Below, in pieces: positions 18,969 through 28,329 of a DNA stretch of 44,296 bases. Origin of the DNA: Campylobacterota bacterium. Its GTDB lineage: Bacteria; Campylobacterota; Campylobacteria; Campylobacterales; Sulfurospirillaceae. The notes beneath the pieces are model-generated. The model did not search any database. It was not told where the DNA came from and saw only the letters and a program-made list of their open reading frames with translations. Location: contig RZYK01000001.1 in NCBI GenBank assembly GCA_009930355.1, forward strand, positions 1-44,296, given 5' to 3'. A program made the translations under genes and the position numbers. How positions within the stretch are numbered: position 1 is the first letter of the stretch; each line of letters opens with the position of its first letter.

Positions 18969-19729
18969 TATGTAAGATATGCAATCAAAAAGCAAAACAG
19001 ATATTTACTGCACAAATACTAAATAAATATGATACAAAGTATTTTCATTGTGAAAATTGTGGTTTTGTTCAAACTGAAGAACCTTATTGGCTTCATGAAG
19101 CCTATGTCGAATCTATCAATATTTCAGATACAGGGTATATGCAAAGGAATCTCATTCTATCTCAAAAATTAACCATACTGCTTGCATTGTTTTTTGACAA
19201 GAATGGATCATTTTTAGATTATGCAGGTGGTTATGGAGTCTTTGTACGATTGATGAGAGATATAGGGTTTGATTTTTCTTGGGATGATAAATATACTACC
19301 AATCTTTTTGCTAGAGGATTTGAATACAGTAAACAACCAATTGAAGCAATTACAACTTTTGAAAGCTTCGAGCATTTTGTCAATCCGTTAGAAGAAATAG
19401 AAAAAATGTTAATGTTTTCAAAAAATATAATTTTTTCTACAGAGTTAGTTCCGCAGCCAATTCCAAATCCAGAAGATTGGTGGTATTATGGATTAGAGCA
19501 TGGACAGCATATCTCTTTTTATAGTATAAAAACATTTCAGTTTATAGCTAAAAAATACCATTTAAACTATTCTAATTTAGGTGATTTGCATCTTTTGACA
19601 GAGCACAAAATATCAAATTTAAAGCTAAAGATTTTAAAATTTAGTAAATTTGGATTGCATAAGCTTTTGCAAAAAAAACTCAAGAGTAAAACTTGGGAAG
19701 ATCATTTAAAAATGAGTGCAAAAAAATGA
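18965..19729 (+). CDS. Class I SAM-dependent methyltransferase with N-terminal Cys pairs
   Basis: CKIC...CENC, FLDYAGGYG, FESFEH, GQHISFYS. Confidence 0.85.
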   Translation: MICKICNQKAKQIFTAQILNKYDTKYFHCENCGFVQTEEPYWLHEAYVESINISDTGYMQRNLILSQKLTILLALFFDKNGSFLDYAGGYGVFVRLMRDIGFDFSWDDKYTTNLFARGFEYSKQPIEAITTFESFEHFVNPLEEIEKMLMFSKNIIFSTELVPQPIPNPEDWWYYGLEHGQHISFYSIKTFQFIAKKYHLNYSNLGDLHLLTEHKISNLKLKILKFSKFGLHKLLQKKLKSKTWEDHLKMSAKK

Positions 19730-20829
19730 AAATCCTATACGATCATCAAATATTTACATCGCAAAAATACGGCGGAATATCGAGATACTTTTATGAATTG
19801 ATTCGTGAGTTTGATAAAATAGAGGGTATGAACACTAAACTACCTTTATTGGTTTCCAATAATCATTATTTATCCGATAAAAAGTTTGTTCAATATGTAG
19901 AGTTCTTGCCAAATAAATATTTTAGAGGTAAGTATAGGTTTTTTAACCTTATTAATAAGCCAAACACAATTTTGGAACTGAAAAAACAAAATTTTGATGT
20001 TTTTCACCCAACTTATTATGATCCTTATTTCTTAAATTATATTGGTGATAAACCTTTTATACTCATTGTCCATGACATGATTCATGAAAAATTTAGTGAG
20101 ATGTTTTCTGCTACTGATAACACAACTCAAAACAAAAGATTGCTTGTTGAAAAAGCAGCTAAAGTTATAGCGATATCACAAAGTACCAAAAAAGATTTGA
20201 TGGAATTTTTTGGTACGGATGAATCTAAAATAGAAGTGGTATATCATGGTAATTCATTGTTTCCTAAGCCAGAGATTCAAATAAATTTTGATATTCCAAA
20301 AAAATACATACTTTTTGTAGGCTCTCGTGGTGGATATAAAAATTTCGAGAGATTTATAAAAAGTATTTCAGAAATATTACATCAAGATAGAGAGCTTTTT
20401 GTCTTGTGTGCAGGGGGCGGTAAATTTACAAGCGAAGAAATGCAACTTCTTTTCAATTTTGACATTATTGGACAAATATCACAGTATGACTTGAACGATG
20501 ATGGCTTGGCTCATTTTTATAAAAATGCTTTGGCTTTTATCTTTCCATCACTTTATGAGGGGTTTGGAATTCCCGTTTTAGAGTCTTTTGCATGTGGCTG
20601 TCCACTGCTTTGCAGCGATACGAGTTCTCTGCCTGAGATCGCAGGAGAAGCTGCTTGTTATTTTGATCCTTACAGTGAAGTAGCTATTAAAAATGTAGTT
20701 TTAAAAGTTTTAGAGGATACTAGTTTGAGAAATGATTTAATTCTTAAGGGGTACGAGAGATTAAAAAAATTTGCTTGGCAGCAAACAGCAGAGCAAACAA
20801 AAAAGATATATGAAAGTGTTTTAGTATGA
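19726..20829 (+). CDS. Glycosyltransferase family 4
   Basis: YGGISRYF, FHPTYY, FPSLYEGFGIPVLES; ATG at 19726 overlaps upstream stop. Confidence 0.9.
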   Translation: MKILYDHQIFTSQKYGGISRYFYELIREFDKIEGMNTKLPLLVSNNHYLSDKKFVQYVEFLPNKYFRGKYRFFNLINKPNTILELKKQNFDVFHPTYYDPYFLNYIGDKPFILIVHDMIHEKFSEMFSATDNTTQNKRLLVEKAAKVIAISQSTKKDLMEFFGTDESKIEVVYHGNSLFPKPEIQINFDIPKKYILFVGSRGGYKNFERFIKSISEILHQDRELFVLCAGGGKFTSEEMQLLFNFDIIGQISQYDLNDDGLAHFYKNALAFIFPSLYEGFGIPVLESFACGCPLLCSDTSSLPEIAGEAACYFDPYSEVAIKNVVLKVLEDTSLRNDLILKGYERLKKFAWQQTAEQTKKIYESVLV

Positions 20830-21788
20830 AAACAGCAATAATTACGGGTATCAGTGGTCAAGATGGACCATACTTGGCAAAACTACTTTTAGAAAAAGGC
20901 TATCAAGTCATTGGGACGGTCAGAAGTTATAGATGTGCAAATACTAAAAATTTTGAATATCTTGGAATAGAAAAAGATATCGTGATTGAAGAGCTTGACC
21001 TTTTAGATATGGCAAATGTTATAAGGATTATTCAAAAATACAAACCAGATGAGATATATAACTTAGCCGCTCAAAGCTCAGTCGGACTTTCGTTTGATCA
21101 GCCTTTGGGAACATTTTCATTTAACACAACATCGGTTAATAATTTACTTGAAACTATTCGACTTTTTAGTTCCGCTACTAAACTATATCAGGCATCTAGT
21201 AGTGAAATGTATGGTAGAGTTGGTACTATGCCAATTACACTAGAAACGCCAATGCACCCCATAAGCCCTTATGGTGTTTCAAAAATGGCTTCTTATTTTA
21301 TGGTAACAACGTATAGAGAATCGTATGATTTATTTGTTTGTAATGGTGTTTTATTTAACCACGAATCATTTTTAAGAAGCAATAATTTTTTTGTAAAAAA
21401 AGTCATAAGAGAGTCTATTGCAATTAAAAATAAGAAACTTGATAAATTAGTTCTCGGTGATTTACATGTAAAAAGAGATTTTGGGTATGCTCCAAAATAT
21501 GTTGAAGCCATGTGGAAAATACTTCAATCTGAGAAGCCTAATGATTTTATCATTTGTTCTGGAAAATCTATACTTCTTCGAGATATTGTTCATTATGTAT
21601 TTGAAAAATTAGAGTTAGATAAAAATTTGATTGTTGAAAATAAAGACCTTTTTAGACCCAATGAAATTGAGGAAATATATGGAGACAATTCTAAGGCAAA
21701 AGAGGCTTTGAATTGGGATTATGATTATTCGTTTTTTGATGTATTAGATATTTTAATTGATGAAGAAATGAGATATTTAAATGGCTAG
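20826..21788 (+). CDS. gmd: GDP-mannose 4,6-dehydratase family protein (copy 2)
   Basis: AIITGISGQDG, YNLAAQSSV, QASSSEMYG, SPYGVSK, FNHES. Confidence 0.8.
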   Translation: MKTAIITGISGQDGPYLAKLLLEKGYQVIGTVRSYRCANTKNFEYLGIEKDIVIEELDLLDMANVIRIIQKYKPDEIYNLAAQSSVGLSFDQPLGTFSFNTTSVNNLLETIRLFSSATKLYQASSSEMYGRVGTMPITLETPMHPISPYGVSKMASYFMVTTYRESYDLFVCNGVLFNHESFLRSNNFFVKKVIRESIAIKNKKLDKLVLGDLHVKRDFGYAPKYVEAMWKILQSEKPNDFIICSGKSILLRDIVHYVFEKLELDKNLIVENKDLFRPNEIEEIYGDNSKAKEALNWDYDYSFFDVLDILIDEEMRYLNG

Positions 21789-22557
21789 TAGCAAATTTGA
21801 AGGTGAAGGTAAACCTCTTATTTCGATTATTACAGTAGTGTATAATGGAGAAAAATACCTTGAAGAGACAATTCAAAGTGTAATAAACCAAACTTATGAC
21901 AATGTGGAATACATCATCATAGATGGTGGCTCAACAGATGGCACTTTGGATATCATAAAAAAATATGAAGATAAGATTGACTATTGGGTGAGTGAGAGGG
22001 ATGGGGGGATTTATGATGCGATGAATAAGGGGATAAAGTTAGCTAGCGGTGAATGGCTTAATTTTATGAATGCTGGAGATAAATTTTATAATCAAAGTAT
22101 TATTATGGAGATTTTTAAGACAGTTCAAGACTATGATTTAATATATGGACCAATTGAATTAATTGGAGATATTAAGAAGCCAATACAAGTTATACCTAAA
22201 AAATTTAATTTATTTAATTTGTTATTTTGGAATACAGGCACAGTATGCCACCAAACAATGTTTGTTCGTAGCAGAATAATTGAAAGATATTCTCTATTAT
22301 ATGGTTTGAAAGCTGAATTAGATTGGTACTTTATGCTAGAAAAAAAAGTTCATACCTATAAAATTGTTCAAACTCCTATTGCATATTATAGATTAGGAGG
22401 ATTAAGCAGTAATAGTTATATATCTAATATTAAAGAAACTCTCATAGTCATTTTTTCTAATTACAATATTTTGGGAATGATTTCGTTACCATTTTTAGCA
22501 TATACCTTTTTCAAAGGTTACATAAATAATTTAAAATTAGAGGATTTAGATCAGTGA
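21781..22557 (+). CDS. Glycosyltransferase family 2
   Basis: ISIITVVYN, IDGGSTDGT, GIYDAMNKG, FMNAGD. Confidence 0.9.
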   Translation: MASSKFEGEGKPLISIITVVYNGEKYLEETIQSVINQTYDNVEYIIIDGGSTDGTLDIIKKYEDKIDYWVSERDGGIYDAMNKGIKLASGEWLNFMNAGDKFYNQSIIMEIFKTVQDYDLIYGPIELIGDIKKPIQVIPKKFNLFNLLFWNTGTVCHQTMFVRSRIIERYSLLYGLKAELDWYFMLEKKVHTYKIVQTPIAYYRLGGLSSNSYISNIKETLIVIFSNYNILGMISLPFLAYTFFKGYINNLKLEDLDQ

Positions 22558-23423
22558 AGAAGATATTAGTGACAGGTGGGGCAGGATTTGTAGGTTCGCA
22601 TTTGTGTGAGAGACTTTCTAAAAATCAGAATTATGAAGTTTATAGTCTGGATAATTATTTTACAGGTAGTGAGTCAAACCATGTTTCAAATGTGACATAT
22701 ATTAAAGGGAATACGAAAGATATTGCGAACCTTGTCACGTTTTCACCTGATATGGTTTACCACCTTGGAGAGTATTCAAGAGTTGAGCAAAGCTTTGATG
22801 ATATGGAAAAAGTTTGGGATTATAATAAAGATGGCACTTTTGCTGTTTTGGAGTTTGTTCGAAAAGCTGGTTGCAAGATACTGTATGCAGGAAGTAGTAC
22901 AAAGTTTGGCGACGGAGGGTTGGGAAGAAGTGCAAGTCCCTATGCTTGGACAAAAGCAACCAATACAGAACTTGTGATGAATTATGGGGCTTGGTATAAC
23001 GTACCTTACGCTATAACCTATTTTTATAATGTTTATGGACCTCGTGAAATCGCAAGCGGAAAATATGCCACACTGATTGCACTATTTAAAGAAAAAATGA
23101 AAAATAAAGAAGCTCTTACCATTGTCAGTCCTGGAACTCAAAAAAGGAATTTTACGCATATCGATGATATTATTGATGGACTCGTACTTGTAGGTGAAAA
23201 TGGTTATGGCGATGAGTTTGGTATCGGAAGTCCAGATGCGTATACAATTCTTGAAATTGCTCAAATGTTTGATGGAAAGATAGAGATGTTACCAGAGAGA
23301 AAAGGTAATAGAATGGTGGCAGATGTTGTTACATGTAAAACAGAAGCATTAGGATGGAAACCGACACGTACGATCCAAGAATACATTGAAGAACAAAGAA
23401 AAAATAATTGGGAAAGTCTATGA
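22554..23423 (+). CDS. NAD-dependent epimerase/dehydratase (copy B, near-duplicate of 17160-18026)
   Basis: Colinear with copy A, roughly 88-90% amino-acid identity by eye. Confidence 0.88.
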   Translation: MKKILVTGGAGFVGSHLCERLSKNQNYEVYSLDNYFTGSESNHVSNVTYIKGNTKDIANLVTFSPDMVYHLGEYSRVEQSFDDMEKVWDYNKDGTFAVLEFVRKAGCKILYAGSSTKFGDGGLGRSASPYAWTKATNTELVMNYGAWYNVPYAITYFYNVYGPREIASGKYATLIALFKEKMKNKEALTIVSPGTQKRNFTHIDDIIDGLVLVGENGYGDEFGIGSPDAYTILEIAQMFDGKIEMLPERKGNRMVADVVTCKTEALGWKPTRTIQEYIEEQRKNNWESL

Positions 23424-24484
23424 CGGAACTACTTTCAGCACAAATAAAACCTATCGTTTTTTGGGAAGGTTTTCCTGCATGCGGATTGCTTTTAAAAGAG
23501 GTTGTTCGCCATTTTGGCAATGATTTGGTCATTATGGCAACGCGCCCTGCCGTTCCTTTTGAAAATTTAGAAGCACTTTTGGAGCATAAAATTATATGGT
23601 TAGAAAATGCGGACGACATTTGGGAGCGTCGTTCAGAATTTAGTGATAGAAATTTTGTAGTCCATACAGGTTGGAACCATAAAGGTTGGTTACAGTTTGA
23701 TCAGTATGTTAAACGTAAAAATAATGCCAAAGTTGTGGTGGTTGTCGACAATAACTTTAAAAAAAACATTCGTCAATTTTTGGGAGCATTTTATTTTCGG
23801 TTGGTTTTGAAAAATTATTTTGATGCCGTATTTGTTCCTGGTCGAGAAGGGCAAAAATTGATGCGATTTTTGGGTATGCAAGCCAATAAAATTTATGTTG
23901 GTAATTATGGTGCTTATGAAAAAATATATAAAGACACACATGCCATTGAGCATCGAAATAACGAATTTTTATATGTTGGACAACTTAATAAGCGAAAATC
24001 AGTTGATATTTTAATCGAAGCATTTAAAGCTTATAGAAAAACTGGTGGACGTTGGAATCTCCGAATTTTGGGTAGTGGTGAGTTGGCAAATTTATGTGAA
24101 GGCGATGGTATTATATTCGAGGGATTCACACAGCCCCACAAAGTTGTTGAAAAGATGAATCAAGCAAAAGTCTTTCTTTTAATCAGTAGGGAAGATCATT
24201 GGGGCACGGTTGTTTGCGAGGCTGCAGCATGTGGTATGAATCTGATAACGACTGAAACAGTTGGGGCTACTATGGATATTGTGAGAAATAATATTAATGG
24301 TATTGTTTTGGATGCGATCTCTGCTCAATGTTTGATAGATGCTTTTAATTATTATGAACAACTAGATGAGAACTTACTCATTAATGGCTCAAAAGTATCC
24401 AAAGGTATTGCTCAAGGATACGATAGTTACTCGTATTATACGGCTTTTATGAAAATCATGTATGATTTAAAAAGTAGAAAGTAA
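23420..24484 (+). CDS. Glycosyltransferase family 4
   Basis: FLYVGQL..RK, SREDHWGTVVCEAAACG; ATG at 23420. Confidence 0.8.
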   Translation: MTELLSAQIKPIVFWEGFPACGLLLKEVVRHFGNDLVIMATRPAVPFENLEALLEHKIIWLENADDIWERRSEFSDRNFVVHTGWNHKGWLQFDQYVKRKNNAKVVVVVDNNFKKNIRQFLGAFYFRLVLKNYFDAVFVPGREGQKLMRFLGMQANKIYVGNYGAYEKIYKDTHAIEHRNNEFLYVGQLNKRKSVDILIEAFKAYRKTGGRWNLRILGSGELANLCEGDGIIFEGFTQPHKVVEKMNQAKVFLLISREDHWGTVVCEAAACGMNLITTETVGATMDIVRNNINGIVLDAISAQCLIDAFNYYEQLDENLLINGSKVSKGIAQGYDSYSYYTAFMKIMYDLKSRK

Positions 24485-24485
24485 T

Positions 24486-25568
24486 ATGAGAATCATTTAT
24501 GACAATATAATTTTTTCTCTTCAAAAAGCTGGAGGAATATCAATATATTGGGCAGAACTTATTAAGAGACTTCAAAAGAAAGAAGTAACTTTTTATGAAT
24601 CAAATAATCAAAATATATTTAGGAAAAATATTGAAATAGATACTTTAAAAGAAAGTAGTATCAATTATAATATTCTTAGGTATTTATTTTTTTTAAAAAA
24701 GCTACCATCAAGATCTATTTTTCATAGTAGTTATTTTAGAACAACATTTCAAAAAGATATAGTAAAAATTGTTACGGTGTATGATTTTACATATGAATAT
24801 TATAGAACGGGTATTGCCAAAATAATACATTCGTGGCAAAAAAAAATTGCTATTAAGAATGCTGATGGTGTTATTTGCATATCTAACAGTACAAAAGATG
24901 ATTTGTTTAAATTTTTACCAAAGACAAAAAAGGATAATGTCAAAATTATTTATATCAGTGCTGGTGAGGAGTTTTATAAAATTGAAAATTTAGAAAAGAA
25001 TTTAATTGGAACTAGATTTGAAAATTTAAAAAACAAAAAAATAATACTTTATGTTGGGGATAGAAAAAGCTCATATAAGAATTTTTCTTTAGCAGTTGAT
25101 ATAGTGGGGTCTTTAGAAGATTACATTTTGGTAAGTGTTGGAGCAGGTCAAATTACAGATAATGAAAAAGCTTTGATAGAAACAAATCTTCAAAATAGAT
25201 TTCATCATTTTTTAGGAATCAGTTCAGATGAGTTAAATATACTTTATAATCTCTCTTTTTGTTTACTTTACCCATCAAGCTATGAAGGTTTTGGGATACC
25301 TATTCTAGAAGCCATGAGAGCTGGTTGTCCAGTGATAAGTACAAATTTTTCATCTATTCCTGAAGTTGCAGCAGATGCTGCACTTTTAATAGATGAAATA
25401 AAAAAAGAAAGATTTATAGAATCAGTAAAATTACTGGAAAATACAAAACTAAAAACAGAATTGATTAACAAAGGGTTACTTCAAGCTAGTAAGTTTAGCT
25501 GGGATAAATGTTTTAGAGAAACTTTAAATTTTTATGATGAAGTATATAAAAGGAAATTTGATAAATGA
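24486..25568 (+). CDS. Glycosyltransferase family 4
   Basis: LQKAGGIS.YW, FHSSY, YPSSYEGFGIPILEAM. Confidence 0.9.
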   Translation: MRIIYDNIIFSLQKAGGISIYWAELIKRLQKKEVTFYESNNQNIFRKNIEIDTLKESSINYNILRYLFFLKKLPSRSIFHSSYFRTTFQKDIVKIVTVYDFTYEYYRTGIAKIIHSWQKKIAIKNADGVICISNSTKDDLFKFLPKTKKDNVKIIYISAGEEFYKIENLEKNLIGTRFENLKNKKIILYVGDRKSSYKNFSLAVDIVGSLEDYILVSVGAGQITDNEKALIETNLQNRFHHFLGISSDELNILYNLSFCLLYPSSYEGFGIPILEAMRAGCPVISTNFSSIPEVAADAALLIDEIKKERFIESVKLLENTKLKTELINKGLLQASKFSWDKCFRETLNFYDEVYKRKFDK

Positions 25569-26536
25569 AAAAAGCAATAATCACTGGTATAACGGGGCAA
25601 GATGGTAGCTATCTTGCTGAGTTGCTACTTTCAAAAGATTATGAAGTCCATGGACTTGTGAGAAGAGAATCTTTTGAGGATATCGAAAAACTAGAAAATA
25701 TCAAACATATTAAGGATAAGTTACATTTGCATGAAGGTAGTTTAAATGACCATTTAACTGTATATAAAATCTTTTCAAAAGTTTTACCTGACGAGTGCTA
25801 TCATCTTTCTGCCTCTAGTTTTGTAAATTATTCTTTTAATGATGAATTTCAAACGATGAATAATAACTTTAATTCAACTCATTATTTACTTTCTACGATT
25901 CGAGAAGTAAAAAAAGATTGTAAATTTTATTTTGCTGGAAGTAGTGAGATGTTTGGAGAGCCAATGGAAACTCCGCAAAGTGAAGATACTCCATTTAATC
26001 CTAAAAGTATTTATGGTATCTCTAAAGTTTCAAGTCATTATTTGCTTAAAAATTATAGAGAGAAAGAAGGCATTTTTGCTTGTACGGGGATAATGTATAA
26101 TCATGAAAGTCCTAGAAGAGGTAGTCAATTTGTAACAAAAAAAATCATATCTTCAGCGATAAAAATAAAAATGGGAGTACAAAAAAAATTATATCTTGGA
26201 AATCTTGATGCAAAAAGGGACTGGGGATATGCACCTGATTATGTAAAAGCTATGTGGATGATTTTACAACAAGAAAAGGCTGATGATTTTATCATTGCAA
26301 CTGGTAATCTTCATACTGTAAGAGAGTTTTTAGATATCACATTTTCATACTTAGATTTAGATTATAGAGATTGTGTAGAAGTTGATCCTAAATTTTTTAG
26401 AGCAAGTGAGAAAAAACCATTGTCTGGGAATCTTAATAAAATAAAAGAAATTATTAAATGGAAAAATACAAAAAGTTTGGAAGAAATTATAAAAGAAATG
26501 ATAGATAGTGAATATTGGAAGCTTCAAAATAAATGA
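25565..26536 (+). CDS. gmd: GDP-mannose 4,6-dehydratase family protein (copy 3)
   Basis: [40 protein letters not shown]. Confidence 0.8.
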   Translation: MKKAIITGITGQDGSYLAELLLSKDYEVHGLVRRESFEDIEKLENIKHIKDKLHLHEGSLNDHLTVYKIFSKVLPDECYHLSASSFVNYSFNDEFQTMNNNFNSTHYLLSTIREVKKDCKFYFAGSSEMFGEPMETPQSEDTPFNPKSIYGISKVSSHYLLKNYREKEGIFACTGIMYNHESPRRGSQFVTKKIISSAIKIKMGVQKKLYLGNLDAKRDWGYAPDYVKAMWMILQQEKADDFIIATGNLHTVREFLDITFSYLDLDYRDCVEVDPKFFRASEKKPLSGNLNKIKEIIKWKNTKSLEEIIKEMIDSEYWKLQNK

Positions 26537-27294
26537 AAATATCAATAATAACAGTAGTATGGAACAATGCCATAACCATAAAAGACGCCATCGATTCAGT
26601 ACTATCTCAAACATACAAAAATATAGAATATATCATAGTGGATGGTGCTAGTACGGATGGTACTGTGGAGATAGTGCAGAGTTATGGGCAGAAGATTAGT
26701 ACGTTTGTTAGTGAAAAAGATAATGGACTCTATGATGCTATGAATAAAGGGATCTCACTGGCCACAGGAGATATCGTAGGTATCCTCAATAGCGATGATT
26801 TTTATATAAATGAGTATGTGATAGAAAAAGTTGTGAAAGAGTTTGAAGGAAAAAAAGTAGATAGTGTATTTGCGGATTTGGTTTATGTAAAATCTGATGA
26901 TATTAATAAAATAGTGCGTTATTATGATAGTAGTTATTTTAATCCAGATAAGTTTGCTTATGGTTGGATGCCAGCACACCCTACATTTTTTGTAAAGCGT
27001 GAGGTTTATTTAGCACATGGTTATTTTAAAACAGATTATAAAATAGCAGCAGATTATGAGTTGCTGGTGCGTTTTTTATTTAAAAATTTTATCAGTTATT
27101 GTTATATTCCTGAGGTATTAGTTAAGATGAGAATGGGCGGAGTGAGTACATCGTGGAGAAGTATTTATATCAATACCTTTGAGCAACTAAGAGCATGCAA
27201 AGAAAATGGAGTCCAGACATCGTTAGTTAAACTATTTTATAAATATCCGCAAAAGCTTTTAGGATATATTAAAAAAGCGAAAGTTATTAGATGA
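26533..27294 (+). CDS. Glycosyltransferase family 2 (WcaE-like)
   Basis: KISIITV, VDGASTDGT, GLYDAMNKG, LNSDD, GWMPAHP, AADYE, MRMGGVS. Confidence 0.9.
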   Translation: MKISIITVVWNNAITIKDAIDSVLSQTYKNIEYIIVDGASTDGTVEIVQSYGQKISTFVSEKDNGLYDAMNKGISLATGDIVGILNSDDFYINEYVIEKVVKEFEGKKVDSVFADLVYVKSDDINKIVRYYDSSYFNPDKFAYGWMPAHPTFFVKREVYLAHGYFKTDYKIAADYELLVRFLFKNFISYCYIPEVLVKMRMGGVSTSWRSIYINTFEQLRACKENGVQTSLVKLFYKYPQKLLGYIKKAKVIR

Positions 27295-27312
27295 AGAAAA
27301 AAAGGTTTTAGT

Positions 27313-28329
27313 TTGAATTTATTTAATATATATGTTCTTATAGGTATTTTTGGCATTTCGGTGATAGTTTCTTTTTTATTGGTGAAATACAAACATATTC
27401 TTCGTATTTTGGATGAGCCAAATGCAAGAAGTCAGCATAAAGTTGTCATTCCTCGTAGTGGGGGGATTGCCATTTTTTCAGCTTTTGTTACAGGTGTTTT
27501 TTCGCTTGATATTTCGCATGATTATTGGTTTTTAGCTCCGCTTTTTATTATTTTTGGATTGGGACTTTATGATGATAAAAATGGAATATCTTCCAAAAAA
27601 AAGCTTTTAGTCACCTTTGTAGCTTCTATGCTTTTATTTTTCTTAGGGTTTGATTTAGTGCGATATGGTCATTTTTTTGGGCATGAAGTTATCTTACCAT
27701 TTTGGATTTCGTGTTTATTTTTCAGTATTGCTTGTGCTGGGTTTATCAATGCGGTTAATTTGATCGATGGGTTAGATGGTTTGGCTTCTTTGATATCGTT
27801 GATTATTCTGAGTGCTTTTGCTTACTTAGGGTTTAAATGGAACGATGCATTTTTATGTAATGTGTCACTTGCTCTGATGGTTTCTATCTTAGGTTTTCTT
27901 ATTTTTAATTGGCATCCTGCAAAAATTTTTATGGGTGATTCAGGAAGTTTAACACTTGGGTTTGTTCTTGTACTTTTAAGTGTCTATGCGATTAAACAGC
28001 ATTATATTACAGCGGTTTCGGTTTTGTTATTGGCAGCACTTCCTATTCTTGATACCTTAATTGTTATGGTACGACGAGTTGTTAATAAACAAAATCCATT
28101 TAAAGCTGATAAGACGCATATTCATCACATTATCTTAAAGCAACAAAACAGGCATGTCGTGCGAACCGTTATATTGATGGGCGTATGGCAAATGCTCTTT
28201 ACCTATATAGGTTTAGGATTTAAAGTGAGAGATGATATGTATATTCTTATCTTATTTTTTCTTTGTTTTCTTCTCTTTTATTTTAGTTTAACGCCAAAAA
28301 AAACACGTAAAGGTCACCATGTCTCATAG
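27313..28329 (+). CDS. wecA: WecA/MraY-like undecaprenyl-phosphate HexNAc-1-phosphate transferase
   Basis: DEPNARSQH...PRSGG, GLYDD, NAVNLIDGLDGL, NWHPAKIFMGDSGS, DKTHIHH. Confidence 0.85.
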   Translation: MNLFNIYVLIGIFGISVIVSFLLVKYKHILRILDEPNARSQHKVVIPRSGGIAIFSAFVTGVFSLDISHDYWFLAPLFIIFGLGLYDDKNGISSKKKLLVTFVASMLLFFLGFDLVRYGHFFGHEVILPFWISCLFFSIACAGFINAVNLIDGLDGLASLISLIILSAFAYLGFKWNDAFLCNVSLALMVSILGFLIFNWHPAKIFMGDSGSLTLGFVLVLLSVYAIKQHYITAVSVLLLAALPILDTLIVMVRRVVNKQNPFKADKTHIHHIILKQQNRHVVRTVILMGVWQMLFTYIGLGFKVRDDMYILILFFLCFLLFYFSLTPKKTRKGHHVS

